From contig CAZVQU010000001.1 of the NCBI GenBank assembly GCA_964629655.1, forward strand, positions 612,056 through 676,055: a stretch of 64,000 nt of DNA, read 5' to 3'. The translations under genes were made by a program, and so were the position numbers. Every line of letters starts with the position of its first letter. The first letter of the stretch is position 1. This stretch comes from an uncultured Planctomycetia bacterium (GTDB lineage Bacteria; Omnitrophota; Gorgyraeia; Duberdicusellales; 4484-171). A model generated the notes under the pieces. The model made no database searches, was not told the origin of the DNA, and was given only the letters and a program-made list of their open reading frames with translations. Positions 27,070 through 36,485 of this stretch are shown piece by piece.

Positions 27070-27830
27070 ATAAAAGAGTAATAGAAGAAAATTTCTCAAA
27101 GCATGCCCGGGATTATGATCAGCACTCAAGAATTCAGAATCTCTGTGCTTCTATGCTTATTAAGGAAGTTAATGCTAATGGTTTCTCAAGTATTTTAGAT
27201 ATTGGCTGTGGGACCGGAAATTACACTAGGCTTCTTAAGAGTAGATTTCCCCAGGCTAAGATAAAAGCCGTAGATATATCAGCTGAGATGATTAAAGTTG
27301 CCAAGGAGAAGCTTGGGTCCGAAGACGTAGAATTCATTGTTGCTGATGCCGAAAGCCTTAGTCTAGAGGAAGAGTTTGATCTGATAAGTTCTAATGCCAG
27401 TTTCCAGTGGTTTGGGGATTTGAAATCAGATTTAACGAGATACAAACAAGCTCTTAGTAAGGGAGGTTTTATTTTATTCTCTACCTTTGGCCCGGAGACT
27501 TTTTTCCAGCTGCATAGCTGTCTGGAGGAGTTTCTCGGTAAGCCTCTTTCGATAAGCGCCAGTAATTTTTTAAAAAGAGAAGAGGTAGAGACTATATTAA
27601 AAGGTATTTTTTCCGAGGTCGTAGTAAAAGAAGAGATTTACAATCAAAATTATAATTCATTATTAGAATTACTAGAAAGCTTAAGGTGCACCGGGACAAG
27701 AGGCGATGGTTTAAGAGGGGAAATCTTCTGGACTCCTCGAAGGATAGCCTCAATAGAGAAGATTTACAGGGAGAGGTTTAAAAATATAGTGGCTACTTAT
27801 CAGATGTTTTTTTGTCGAGGTAGAGTATGA
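27063..27830 (+). CDS. bioC: Malonyl-ACP O-methyltransferase
   Basis: SAM-binding ILDIGCGTGNYT, and its position in the bio operon. Confidence 0.75.
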   Translation: MVNKRVIEENFSKHARDYDQHSRIQNLCASMLIKEVNANGFSSILDIGCGTGNYTRLLKSRFPQAKIKAVDISAEMIKVAKEKLGSEDVEFIVADAESLSLEEEFDLISSNASFQWFGDLKSDLTRYKQALSKGGFILFSTFGPETFFQLHSCLEEFLGKPLSISASNFLKREEVETILKGIFSEVVVKEEIYNQNYNSLLELLESLRCTGTRGDGLRGEIFWTPRRIASIEKIYRERFKNIVATYQMFFCRGRV

Positions 27831-28522
27831 GAGGGATTTTTGTTACCGGAACAGATACCGGGGTAGGTAAGACGATTGTAACCGGTTTATTGGCCAAGTT
27901 TCTAAATGATAAGGGTTATAGAGTCATAACTCAAAAGTGGGTTGAGACCGGTTCAATAGGCTTTTCTAAAGATGTCAGCCTTCATTTAAAGTTGGCTGAT
28001 AAGAGGAAGAAAGAGTTTAAGAATTATCTCTCGGATATTTCTCCCTATACTTTTAAATTTCCGTCTTCTCCTCATCTTGCTTCAAGCCTGGAGAGGAGAA
28101 AGATAAGCACAGAAAGGATAAAAAAAAGTTTTGGGTCCTTACAAAAAACTTTTGACTTTGTAATGGTTGAAGGAATAGGAGGGGCCTTAGTTCCCTTGAA
28201 TAGGAGAAAATTAGTAATAGATGTAGCTAAAGAATTAAATCTCCCAGCGTTAGTTGTAGTTGGCAATAAGTTAGGGGCGATTAATCACACTCTTCTGACC
28301 ATAGAAGCTCTTAAAGCTAGAAAGATGAGAATAGTCGGAGTTGTATTCAATAATTTAAACGATAATAAAGAAAATAATATAATCTTAAAAGATAACCCTA
28401 AGATAATAGAGGTAATAAGCGGCCAGAAGTCTTCGGGAAGTTTGCTCTGGACTAAAGATACAGATAGATTGTGTAAAAGTTTTAAGAAAATAGGTAAAAA
28501 GATATTATCTAATTTAAAATAA
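27827..28522 (+). CDS. bioD: ATP-dependent dethiobiotin synthetase
   Basis: N-terminal P-loop GIFVTGTDTGVGKT. Confidence 0.85.
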   Translation: MRGIFVTGTDTGVGKTIVTGLLAKFLNDKGYRVITQKWVETGSIGFSKDVSLHLKLADKRKKEFKNYLSDISPYTFKFPSSPHLASSLERRKISTERIKKSFGSLQKTFDFVMVEGIGGALVPLNRRKLVIDVAKELNLPALVVVGNKLGAINHTLLTIEALKARKMRIVGVVFNNLNDNKENNIILKDNPKIIEVISGQKSSGSLLWTKDTDRLCKSFKKIGKKILSNLK

Positions 28523-28532
28523 ATATTGAAGA

Positions 28533-29873
28533 ATGGATAAGTGGATTAGAAAAGATCTAAAATACATTTGGCATCCTTACACTCAGGCTAAGGACTGTGA
28601 GAAGTTTCCTCCGATTCTAATTGAGAGAGCAAAGGGAATAAAACTCTATGATAACAAGGGAAATTGTTACTATGATACTATATCCAGCTGGTGGTGTAAT
28701 ATCCACGGCCATAACCACCCAAAGATAAACAAGGCTATTAGCACTCAGCTAAATTCCTTTGAACACGTCTTATTTGCCGGTTTCACCCATAAGCCGGCAA
28801 TTAAATTAGCCGAGCAATTGGTTGCAATTATCCCGAATAATTTAACTAAAGTCTTCTTCTCTGACAATGGCTCAACAGCAGTTGAAGTGGCATTGAAGAT
28901 GTCATTTCAATATTGGCAGAATATTGGAAAAAACAAAAAGACAAAATTCCTATCTTTAGATTCTGGTTATCATGGTGATACCATCGGAGCGATGAGCGTA
29001 AGCGGAGTGGATTTATTTAATAAGACCTTCTCACCTCTTTTCTTTAAGAGTTTTAAAGCTGCTTCGCCTTATTGCTATCGGTGTCCGGTAGGAAAAGATA
29101 AATCTACTTGTAGCATCGAGTGCATAAACTCCTTAGAAACTATACTAAGAAAAAGGAGCAAAGAAATTGCTGCTTTGATTTTAGAACCAATGGTTATGGC
29201 TGCCGGGGGTATGATTATTTATCCTGCCGAGTATCTTAACAAGGCTGCTGGATTAGCTAAGAAGTATAATATTCATTTAATTTTGGATGAAGTAGCCAGT
29301 GGTTTTGGACGGACCGGAAAGATGTTTGCCTGTGAGCATGCAAAGGTAAAGCCAGATTTTATCTGCCTTTCAAAAGGAATAACCTCAGGCTATCTTCCCT
29401 TTGCAGCAACCTTAACCACCAATAAAATCTACAATCTGTTTTATGGAGATTATGAAAAAAGAAAGACTTTCTATCATGGCCATACTTATACGGCTAATCC
29501 TATTTCCTGTGCAGCAGCTTTAGCCAGTTTGAAGGTATACAGTCAGGAGAATACTTTAAAAAAGATTAATAAGCTTATTCCCGAATTTCACAAAAGGCTG
29601 GAAGCTTTTAAAGGCCTGCCTTTAGTCGGTGATGTAAGATGTATAGGCATGGTCGGAGCAACAGAGCTGGTAAAGAATAAGAAGACAAAAGAACCTTTTG
29701 GCCTAAAAAATAGAATAGGATTAAAAGTTTACCAAAGAGGCTTGGAGCAGGGGCTTATTTTGCGTCCCCTAGGTAGTATTGTCTATTTTTTTCTACCCCT
29801 ATGTATAAAAAAGGGCCAGATCATTGAGGTCCTAGATAAGACCTACCGGATTATTAAGAGTTTAAGAAAATAG
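28533..29873 (+). CDS. bioA: Adenosylmethionine-8-amino-7-oxononanoate aminotransferase
   Basis: Class-III aminotransferase; WHPYTQ N-terminus and the ILDEVASGFGRTGKMFA PLP-Lys motif. Confidence 0.85.
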   Translation: MDKWIRKDLKYIWHPYTQAKDCEKFPPILIERAKGIKLYDNKGNCYYDTISSWWCNIHGHNHPKINKAISTQLNSFEHVLFAGFTHKPAIKLAEQLVAIIPNNLTKVFFSDNGSTAVEVALKMSFQYWQNIGKNKKTKFLSLDSGYHGDTIGAMSVSGVDLFNKTFSPLFFKSFKAASPYCYRCPVGKDKSTCSIECINSLETILRKRSKEIAALILEPMVMAAGGMIIYPAEYLNKAAGLAKKYNIHLILDEVASGFGRTGKMFACEHAKVKPDFICLSKGITSGYLPFAATLTTNKIYNLFYGDYEKRKTFYHGHTYTANPISCAAALASLKVYSQENTLKKINKLIPEFHKRLEAFKGLPLVGDVRCIGMVGATELVKNKKTKEPFGLKNRIGLKVYQRGLEQGLILRPLGSIVYFFLPLCIKKGQIIEVLDKTYRIIKSLRK

Positions 29874-29874
29874 G

Positions 29875-29918
29875 TTGACAGAAGCTAGATTTTAGCTATA
29901 ATTGATTTTGAATTTCAA
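29875..29918 (+). promoter_or_regulatory. fur promoter (TTGACA, 16-nt spacer, TATAAT) overlapping a candidate Fur box TTGAATTTCAA
   Basis: TTGACA 29875-29880 and TATAAT 29897-29902. The AT-rich near-palindrome TTGAATTTCAA at 29908-29918 recurs upstream of feoB. Confidence 0.4.
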
Positions 29919-29935
29919 TATCAATAGGAGGGAAT

Positions 29936-30385
29936 ATGTTAGAAGAAAGAACCATACTTATCTACTTTTTAAGGCAAAAGGGGTTAAAGCTTACCCGGCA
30001 GAGAGAAGAGATTCTAGAGGCTTTTCTTAATATCGAAGAGCACCTTAGCACCGAAGATCTTTACAAAGTTGCCAAACGTAAAAACCCCAGCATTGGCCAT
30101 GCCACAGTCTTTCGAACCTTAAAGCTTCTAATTGAGGCTGGTATAGCTAAGGAGGTATATTTAGGTGATAGGAGGGTACAGTTTGAACATGCACATGGGC
30201 ATCGGCACCATGATCATTTAGTCTGTCAATCTTGTTCAAAACTAATAGAGACTGCAGACTCTGAGATTGAGAGGCTGCAAGATGATCTATGTAAGAAATT
30301 TGATTTTACCCCGATGAGCCACAGGCTTCAGATATTTGGAGTATGCAAAGAGTGCAGGGGGAGGGGGAAAAGTAAGGGAGAATAA
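29936..30385 (+). CDS. fur: Ferric uptake regulator family protein
   Basis: wHTH plus an HxHxxH metal site (HAHGHRHHDH) and the CxxC pairs CQSC and CKEC. Confidence 0.8.
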   Translation: MLEERTILIYFLRQKGLKLTRQREEILEAFLNIEEHLSTEDLYKVAKRKNPSIGHATVFRTLKLLIEAGIAKEVYLGDRRVQFEHAHGHRHHDHLVCQSCSKLIETADSEIERLQDDLCKKFDFTPMSHRLQIFGVCKECRGRGKSKGE

Positions 30386-30412
30386 GGATATTTTTTTAAA
30401 GTATAACTGAAA

Positions 30413-30423
30413 TTGAATTTCAA
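30413..30423. promoter_or_regulatory. Second copy of the TTGAATTTCAA motif (candidate Fur box) upstream of feoB
   Basis: Exact 11-mer shared with 29908-29918, embedded in AAATTGAATTTCAAAAT, 30 nt upstream of the feoB ATG. Confidence 0.3.
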
Positions 30424-30452
30424 AATCAAGAAGGGGTAAGAGGTAAGGATTA

Positions 30453-32417
30453 ATGAGTCTAGCAAAAGTTGTCATTGTTGGTGCACCCAACGTAGGCAAA
30501 TCTTCAATTTTTAATAATTTGAGCGGCCGTTATGCTACGGTTTCAAATTACCCCGGGACTACGGTTGAGCTTTTCAAAGCAAATATAAATATAGGCAGTA
30601 GACAGTTTCAGTTGATAGATACTCCGGGAATGTATTCTTTTCTCCCTTTAAGCGAAGAAGAGAGAATCGCCAGGCTTATCTTGTTTAAAGATAACCCTGA
30701 GCTGGTTATTCATGTTGGGGCTGCAAAGGACCTGGAGAGAACTCTGCCTTTAACCTTACAGCTTATTGAGGCTGGTCTTCCGGTTATTTTAGTATTAAAT
30801 ATTATCGATGAGGCTAGCAAAGCCGGTATATCTATTGATATTGAGAAGTTAGAGAAAACCTTAGGAATCCCGGTTGTTGCTACAGTTTCGGTAAGGGGTG
30901 AGGGCATAAGAGAACTGAAGAAAAAAATAGAACAAGTTTTAAGCTCAAAGGAATCAGCATTACCCATAAAGAAAGAGCCGTTGGTCAAATACACTCCGCC
31001 TATCGAAGAAGCTATTAAAAGAATAAATCAAGAACTAGGGGGAAGCTATTCTCTAGATAAGAATATCTTAAGCTTGCTATTATTAGAGGGCGATAGAGAA
31101 ATTTATGAGCTAGTTAAGGAAAAGCAGGACCGAGAAAATTTAGAAGAGATAGAAAGGATAAGGAATCGGGCTAGGGAAAAGTCATCTCAACCGATAGAAT
31201 ATTCAATCAATCTGGCTTTGAGAAGAAGGACCGAGACGATTATCAGGAACGTAGTAAGAGAGAAGAAGAGAAAAACCAGGAATATCTCACGTGTTTTAGG
31301 AGAGCTAACCTTAAGGCCTGTTGTTGGAATACCTTTGCTGGGCTGCTTTCTTTATTTTGGTATATATAAATTAGTTGGAGAGTTCGGCGCCGGAGTCTGT
31401 GTAGATTTTTTGGAGACCAAGGTATTTGGAAACTATATTAATCCTTTTTTTGTCTCTATTTTTGATAAATTAATACCTTTTGAGTGGATTAAATCACTTT
31501 TTGTCGGAGAATACGGAATAATCACCCTAGGTATTCGTTATGCTATTGCTATTGTTCTTCCTATTGTCGGAATATTCTTTTTTGTGTTTAGTTTTGCTGA
31601 AGATACCGGTTATCTGCCGCGGGTAGGAGCTATGATGGATAGAATGTTTAAAAAAATTGGCTTAAGCGGAAGAGCTGTTATTCCTATCGTTTTAGGATTA
31701 GGCTGTGATACTATGGCTACGATGGTAACTCGAATTCTGCCGACTAAGCGAGAAAGAATAATTGCTACTCTCCTGCTCTCATTGAGTGTTCCTTGTTCGG
31801 CCCAGTTAGGGGTTATAATCGCTGTACTTTCAAAGCAACCCGGAGCATTAGCTCTATGGTTTTTAGTTATTCCAGCAGTATTTGCAACCACCGGGTTTTT
31901 TCTTAATAAGGTTTTAAAAGGAAAGCGCCCAACGTTTCATATTGAACTTCCTCCTTTGCGTATGCCTCGGATAAGCAATATTTTTACCAAGACCTACACT
32001 AGGTTAAAGTGGTATTTTCAAGAAGTATTGCCGATATTTATCTGGGCTAGCGTATTAATTTGGCTTGGTAAAATCACTAAAGTTTTTGATTTTATAATTT
32101 CAATGTTAGCTTATCCGGTAAGGCTCATCGGTTTGCCCTTAGAGATGGCTAAAATTTTCTTATTCGGCTTTTTCAGAAGAGACTACGGTGCTGCCGGACT
32201 TTATGACTTGGAAAAACAAGGGCTGCTTTCAGGCCGGGAAATAATCGTTGCCGCAGTAGTTCTAACTCTTTTTCTGCCTTGTATCGCCCAGTTCTTAATG
32301 AATATAAAGGAAAGGGGTATTAAATTTGCCATGGGTATAGCAGTCTTTATTTTATTTTTTTCTTTTTCAATAGGATTTATTTTAAATAAAATATTAGTAA
32401 TTTGGGGGGTGAATTGA
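30453..32417 (+). CDS. feoB: Ferrous iron transport protein B
   Basis: N-terminal G domain GAPNVGKSS, DTPG and NIID motifs, and a large polytopic C-terminal domain with gate motifs. Confidence 0.9.
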   Translation: MSLAKVVIVGAPNVGKSSIFNNLSGRYATVSNYPGTTVELFKANINIGSRQFQLIDTPGMYSFLPLSEEERIARLILFKDNPELVIHVGAAKDLERTLPLTLQLIEAGLPVILVLNIIDEASKAGISIDIEKLEKTLGIPVVATVSVRGEGIRELKKKIEQVLSSKESALPIKKEPLVKYTPPIEEAIKRINQELGGSYSLDKNILSLLLLEGDREIYELVKEKQDRENLEEIERIRNRAREKSSQPIEYSINLALRRRTETIIRNVVREKKRKTRNISRVLGELTLRPVVGIPLLGCFLYFGIYKLVGEFGAGVCVDFLETKVFGNYINPFFVSIFDKLIPFEWIKSLFVGEYGIITLGIRYAIAIVLPIVGIFFFVFSFAEDTGYLPRVGAMMDRMFKKIGLSGRAVIPIVLGLGCDTMATMVTRILPTKRERIIATLLLSLSVPCSAQLGVIIAVLSKQPGALALWFLVIPAVFATTGFFLNKVLKGKRPTFHIELPPLRMPRISNIFTKTYTRLKWYFQEVLPIFIWASVLIWLGKITKVFDFIISMLAYPVRLIGLPLEMAKIFLFGFFRRDYGAAGLYDLEKQGLLSGREIIVAAVVLTLFLPCIAQFLMNIKERGIKFAMGIAVFILFFSFSIGFILNKILVIWGVN

Positions 32418-32418
32418 A

Positions 32419-33066
32419 ATGCATAAATTATCAGATGCCGAGGAGGAGATATTAGAATCTCTATGGATTGAGATTGAAGAGAAGAAGGAAAGACCTAGTA
32501 CTCGGGTCTTAAAGGATGAGCCAGCCTTTAAGGAATTAGTAGAGAAGGGGTTAATTGACATAAATAAGAGTGACTTTTTCACTAAAGAAGGATTAAAAGA
32601 AGCCAGAGGCTGTGTCCGGCGGCATCGTTTAGCTGAAAGGCTTGTTGCTGATGTATTGGACGTAAGGGACCCTTTAATGCATGAGGCAAGCTGTAAGCTT
32701 GAGCACGGCTTGCACTATGGCTTAGAAGATAATGTTTGCACTCTTCTTGGACATCCTAAGGTTTGCCCTCATGGTAAAAGCATACCGGCTGGAGCTTGCT
32801 GCCGGAGTTTTGAAAAGATTCCCAAGAGATTAATTGTTACCTTGCACAATATGGCTGCCGGCGATAGCGGTAAGATAAGCTATATAAATACTCACGATAG
32901 TGAAATCTTAAAAAAGCTAATCTCAATGGGCATTCTCCCCGGAAATAAGATAAAATTACTTCACCGTTTTCCGTCATTTGTATTTGAAATGGATAACTCC
33001 TCTTTTGCTGTTGATAAAGATTTAGCTGAGAATATTCATGTTCTTCTATTAAAAGGGGAAAAATAA
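32419..33066 (+). CDS. DtxR/MntR-family metal-dependent repressor with a C-terminal FeoA/SH3-like domain
   Basis: RRHRLAERLVADVL...HEASCKLEH...CPHGKSIP matches the DtxR metal-binding/dimerisation core. The C-terminal GDSGKISYI...GILPGNKIKLL is FeoA-like. The gene starts 1 nt after the feoB stop. Confidence 0.6.
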   Translation: MHKLSDAEEEILESLWIEIEEKKERPSTRVLKDEPAFKELVEKGLIDINKSDFFTKEGLKEARGCVRRHRLAERLVADVLDVRDPLMHEASCKLEHGLHYGLEDNVCTLLGHPKVCPHGKSIPAGACCRSFEKIPKRLIVTLHNMAAGDSGKISYINTHDSEILKKLISMGILPGNKIKLLHRFPSFVFEMDNSSFAVDKDLAENIHVLLLKGEK

Positions 33067-33083
33067 GTAAAGAGGAGGGTTTT

Positions 33084-33482
33084 ATGAACCAGAAGGTAGA
33101 GGTAAAATTCTTAAGCAAAGATAAATTTGAAGTTAGAGCAGTATCTTCAGCAACTACAATCTATGTTGATAAAAAAGAGCCTGATAGTATTCCCTCCGGG
33201 CCAAATCCTTTAGAACTTTTTCTCTCATCGTTGGCTTCCTGCACTGGAGTTTTTGCTAAAAAGTACTTAGAACGCCACAATTTAGAGTTTAAAGAGTTAA
33301 GAGTAGAGGCCCAAGCAGAGTTTACCACGCAGGCTCCGATGAGATTAACTAAGATAAAGGCCAAGGTTCATACTGACGCCGATTTAGGAGATAAGAGAGA
33401 AGTTTTTCTAAGATTCATCGAGGGCTGCCCGATTCACAATACCGTTCTTTACACTAGCAAGATAGATATCGAATTAAGCTAG
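33084..33482 (+). CDS. OsmC/Ohr-family peroxiredoxin-like protein
   Basis: GPNPLELFLSSLASCTG motif with the catalytic Cys. The RBS is AGAGGAGGG. Confidence 0.8.
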   Translation: MNQKVEVKFLSKDKFEVRAVSSATTIYVDKKEPDSIPSGPNPLELFLSSLASCTGVFAKKYLERHNLEFKELRVEAQAEFTTQAPMRLTKIKAKVHTDADLGDKREVFLRFIEGCPIHNTVLYTSKIDIELS

Positions 33483-34331
33483 CAGAGTTGAGCCGTCACA
33501 ATTAGCAGTATTTAAACTATTAAATCCTTCCCGGCAGCTAGAGAATTTTAACTTCTCGCTAAGGGCGATTTCTCTTACCTTATTTATTAAATCTTTCCTT
33601 AAAGTTTGCGGCAGATAAGTATAGCCACCAATTTTTTCTCCTTGCTTAAGATAAAGCTTCTGCCATAATTCTTTATATTCGGGGAAAGCAACAACCATTC
33701 TTTTAAAGTTATCAGGCTTTACCTTATAAGTAGAGGCAATGACTTGTTTTGCTCCTGCTATTTTGATTTTTCTTATTGAGTCTTTAATTTCTTCGGTATT
33801 TAAGGGGTAAATTAAAGGATCAAGCCGAACAGCTACCGGTAGATATGAAGCGAGCTCCCTAACTGCTTTTAATCTTTCTTGAGGGGAGCAAGAGCGAGGT
33901 TCTAATTTTCTTGCTAATTCTTTATCTAGGGTAGTAAGGGAAATACTGGCTACTATTTTTTTAAAACTTTTTAATATATCTAAATCCCTTAAGATCAGAG
34001 AGGACTTTGTGACAATATTTATGCTCAGATCATGTTTTCCCATTATCTTTAAAGCAGCTCGAGTTAAGCCTAGCTCTTCCTCGAGGGGAAGATAAGGGTC
34101 AGAAGAGTTAGCCATGGCGATGAGAGAATCTTTAGGGATTTTATCGATTTCCTTCTCCAGCCTTTTTAAAAAGTCTTTTTTCTCGCGTGGTTGGTAAAAG
34201 TCTCTTATATATGATGAAGCATAGCAGTAGAGGCAATTGTGAGAACAACCAGTATAGGCTGATAAGCTATATTTAGCCGGGCAGGTACATAGATTGCCTT
34301 TCCAAGGGTCAAATCTGGTAATTAAGCTCAT
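33474..34331 (-). CDS. Radical SAM protein of the SPL / DNA-photolyase-like family
   Basis: GCSHNCLYC (CxxxCxxC) near the N-terminus and the family-typical length and composition. Convergent with osmC; the two overlap by 9 nt. Confidence 0.6.
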   Translation of the reverse strand: MSLITRFDPWKGNLCTCPAKYSLSAYTGCSHNCLYCYASSYIRDFYQPREKKDFLKRLEKEIDKIPKDSLIAMANSSDPYLPLEEELGLTRAALKIMGKHDLSINIVTKSSLILRDLDILKSFKKIVASISLTTLDKELARKLEPRSCSPQERLKAVRELASYLPVAVRLDPLIYPLNTEEIKDSIRKIKIAGAKQVIASTYKVKPDNFKRMVVAFPEYKELWQKLYLKQGEKIGGYTYLPQTLRKDLINKVREIALSEKLKFSSCREGFNSLNTANCDGSTLLA

Positions 34332-34426
34332 ATCTTATCTTATTTTAGGTAAACAGAAGGGCAAGTCAATGATTTCCTAGAATTTGAATTTTGTGCTATA
34401 ATTAGGCAAAGAAAAGGAGGTGGGTT

Positions 34427-34786
34427 GTGATAGCTAAGATCATTGGAACCATTTGGGTTATCTGGGGTATTTTAATTCTTGTTAAACCGGAAATTTTACA
34501 GAAGAAGTTGCAGACAAAAGGGCTCAAAAAGCTAAAAAAGAACCTATTTTTACTGACATTATTTCTTTCAATCACTTTGATTATAGCCTCTTTTAAGGCC
34601 GAGGGTTTATTGCCCAAGGTATTGCTAGTTTTGGGTATTATAGGTATATTTAAGGCTTTCATTTTTCTTAAATCTAAAGCTTCTGATAAGCTGATAGCCT
34701 TCTCAAGCAACCTTTCTTTAACTGTTTATCGCCTCGCAGGGGCAGTTTATATTGCTATTGGCTTTAGTATAATGAAATTTCTCTAA
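34427..34786 (+). CDS. Small integral membrane protein (three predicted TM helices); GTG start
   Basis: AAGGAGG RBS 7 nt before the GTG at 34427, with hydrophobic helices. The antisense ORF 34402-34710 is rejected. Confidence 0.4.
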   Translation: MIAKIIGTIWVIWGILILVKPEILQKKLQTKGLKKLKKNLFLLTLFLSITLIIASFKAEGLLPKVLLVLGIIGIFKAFIFLKSKASDKLIAFSSNLSLTVYRLAGAVYIAIGFSIMKFL

Positions 34787-34868
34787 AATTTCACTATCCA
34801 GATTTAGCCTTTTTATCTAAAGCTATTTGTGGTATCATAAAATTTACCTAAAATAGGTATTTTAGCGT

Positions 34869-36485
34869 ATGAGTAGCAAATATTCTTTTAAATCTGTGAT
34901 TTTCGACCTCGACGGCGTGATTACCAAGACTGCCCTTGTTCATGCAGCAGCCTGGAAAGAGGCTTTTGATCAGTATTTACGCTTAAGAGAGTCAAGAGAC
35001 AAAGAGCCTTTCGCTGAGTTTACTCACCAAGATGACTATCTTCCCTATGTTGATGGAAAACCTCGCTACAAAGGGGTAAAGAGCTTTCTAGAGTCAAGAA
35101 ACATCAATATTCCTTATGGTGAGCCAACTGATTCTCCGGATGCCGAGACTATTTGCGGCATAGGGAATAATAAGAATGCAAAGTTTTGTCAGGTCTTAAA
35201 AGCTAAGGGAGTTGAGGTTTATCCTTCAACTATTGAATTAATCAAAGAATTAGAGGCTTCAGGGGTAAAAATAGGAGTAGCTTCTTCTTCAAAAAACTGC
35301 AAAGAGATTTTAGAAGTTGCTGAAATTGAAAATTTCTTCAAAACAAGAGTAGATGGTGTAGTCTCAGTACAACTGGGCCTTAAGGGAAAACCCGAAGGAG
35401 ATATCTTTACAACAGCAGCTTTTAATCTTGGAACTATACCAGCTGAGTCGATAGTTGTTGAAGACGCGTCTTCAGGGGTAGCAGCCGGGCGTAATGGCGG
35501 GTTTGGCTTAGTCATCGGTCTAGCTAGAGAGAAGAATCAGAAAGAATTACTCGAGAATGGAGCCGATTTAGTAGTTACTGACCTATCAGAGATAAACTTA
35601 GAGTTAATCGAGCAGTGGTTTCATAAGAAGCCGAGAGATTTACTCCAAAATTGGGACAAGCAGAGTGAGAGAATAGAGTCTTTAGAGGGCAAAGAGAAAG
35701 AAACCGGAGCAATTATTAACCCTTCTTATCTGGGTAGCGGAAAATCTTACCTCTTTAGCGGAAAAAAAATAGTTTTCTTCCTGGATTATGATGGAACTCT
35801 AACACCGATAGTTTCCCGTCCCGAGCTAGCAGTGATTTCTAGCCAGATGCAGGATATGATAAAGAAATTATCCCAAAAATATACTACTGCGATTGTAAGC
35901 GGGAGAATGAGAGAGGATGTTGAGAAGCTTGTCGGTATTCAAGGATTAATCTATGCCGGAAGCCACGGCTTTGATATCAAGGGTCCACAAGTTACGATGG
36001 TGCAGCCACAGGCTAAAGAAACTATACCGTTAGTTTCTAAGATAATTGAAAGGTTAAAAAAAGAATTATCTAATCTTGAGGGCTTGATAATAGAGGAGAA
36101 GAAATTTAGCGTAGCTGTGCATTATCGTCTGGTCGAGAGAGAAGAAATCCCGGCAATAAAGACTTTAGTTGGCGGGTTGATCCAAGAGAATAAGTCTTTA
36201 CGTTTGATGAAGGGGAAAAAAGTCTTTGAGATCCTTCCAGCTATAGATTGGAATAAAGGTAAGGCTGTAAAGTGGGTAATGAATGCCTTAGGGATTAACT
36301 GGGAAGATTTTTCTGTAATTTATATAGGAGATGACACAACCGACGAGGATGCTTTCAGAGTAGTTGCTACTCGCGGAATGAGTATTTTGGTTTCGGATAA
36401 ACCCAAAGCTTCGGCGGCTGATTTTGTGTTGTCTTCGCCAAAACAAGTAAAGGAATTATTTGAAAGAGTCCTCACAACTACTTAA
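34869..36485 (+). CDS. Fusion protein: beta-phosphoglucomutase (HAD) N-terminal domain plus trehalose-6-phosphate phosphatase (OtsB-like) C-terminal domain
   Basis: N-terminal domain: FDLDGVIT, KIGVASSSKN, VEDASSGVAAG (beta-PGM motifs I-III). C-terminal domain: FFLDYDGTLTPIV and GDDTTDEDAF (OtsB motifs). Confidence 0.8.
   Translation: MSSKYSFKSVIFDLDGVITKTALVHAAAWKEAFDQYLRLRESRDKEPFAEFTHQDDYLPYVDGKPRYKGVKSFLESRNINIPYGEPTDSPDAETICGIGNNKNAKFCQVLKAKGVEVYPSTIELIKELEASGVKIGVASSSKNCKEILEVAEIENFFKTRVDGVVSVQLGLKGKPEGDIFTTAAFNLGTIPAESIVVEDASSGVAAGRNGGFGLVIGLAREKNQKELLENGADLVVTDLSEINLELIEQWFHKKPRDLLQNWDKQSERIESLEGKEKETGAIINPSYLGSGKSYLFSGKKIVFFLDYDGTLTPIVSRPELAVISSQMQDMIKKLSQKYTTAIVSGRMREDVEKLVGIQGLIYAGSHGFDIKGPQVTMVQPQAKETIPLVSKIIERLKKELSNLEGLIIEEKKFSVAVHYRLVEREEIPAIKTLVGGLIQENKSLRLMKGKKVFEILPAIDWNKGKAVKWVMNALGINWEDFSVIYIGDDTTDEDAFRVVATRGMSILVSDKPKASAADFVLSSPKQVKELFERVLTTT

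Noticed and set aside
34402-34710. Minus-strand 102-aa ORF overlapping the small membrane protein gene
   Set aside because: The plus-strand ORF has a textbook AAGGAGG RBS and hydrophobic helices. The minus-strand ORF lacks both and would collide with the radical SAM promoter region.
36460-36485. Possibility that the beta-PGM/T6PP and GH65 genes are one frameshifted fusion
   Set aside because: The 26-nt overlap is in different frames, the TTG start lies right at the conserved GH65 N-terminus, and both proteins are full-length relative to their families. The whole window shows a compact overlapping gene style.
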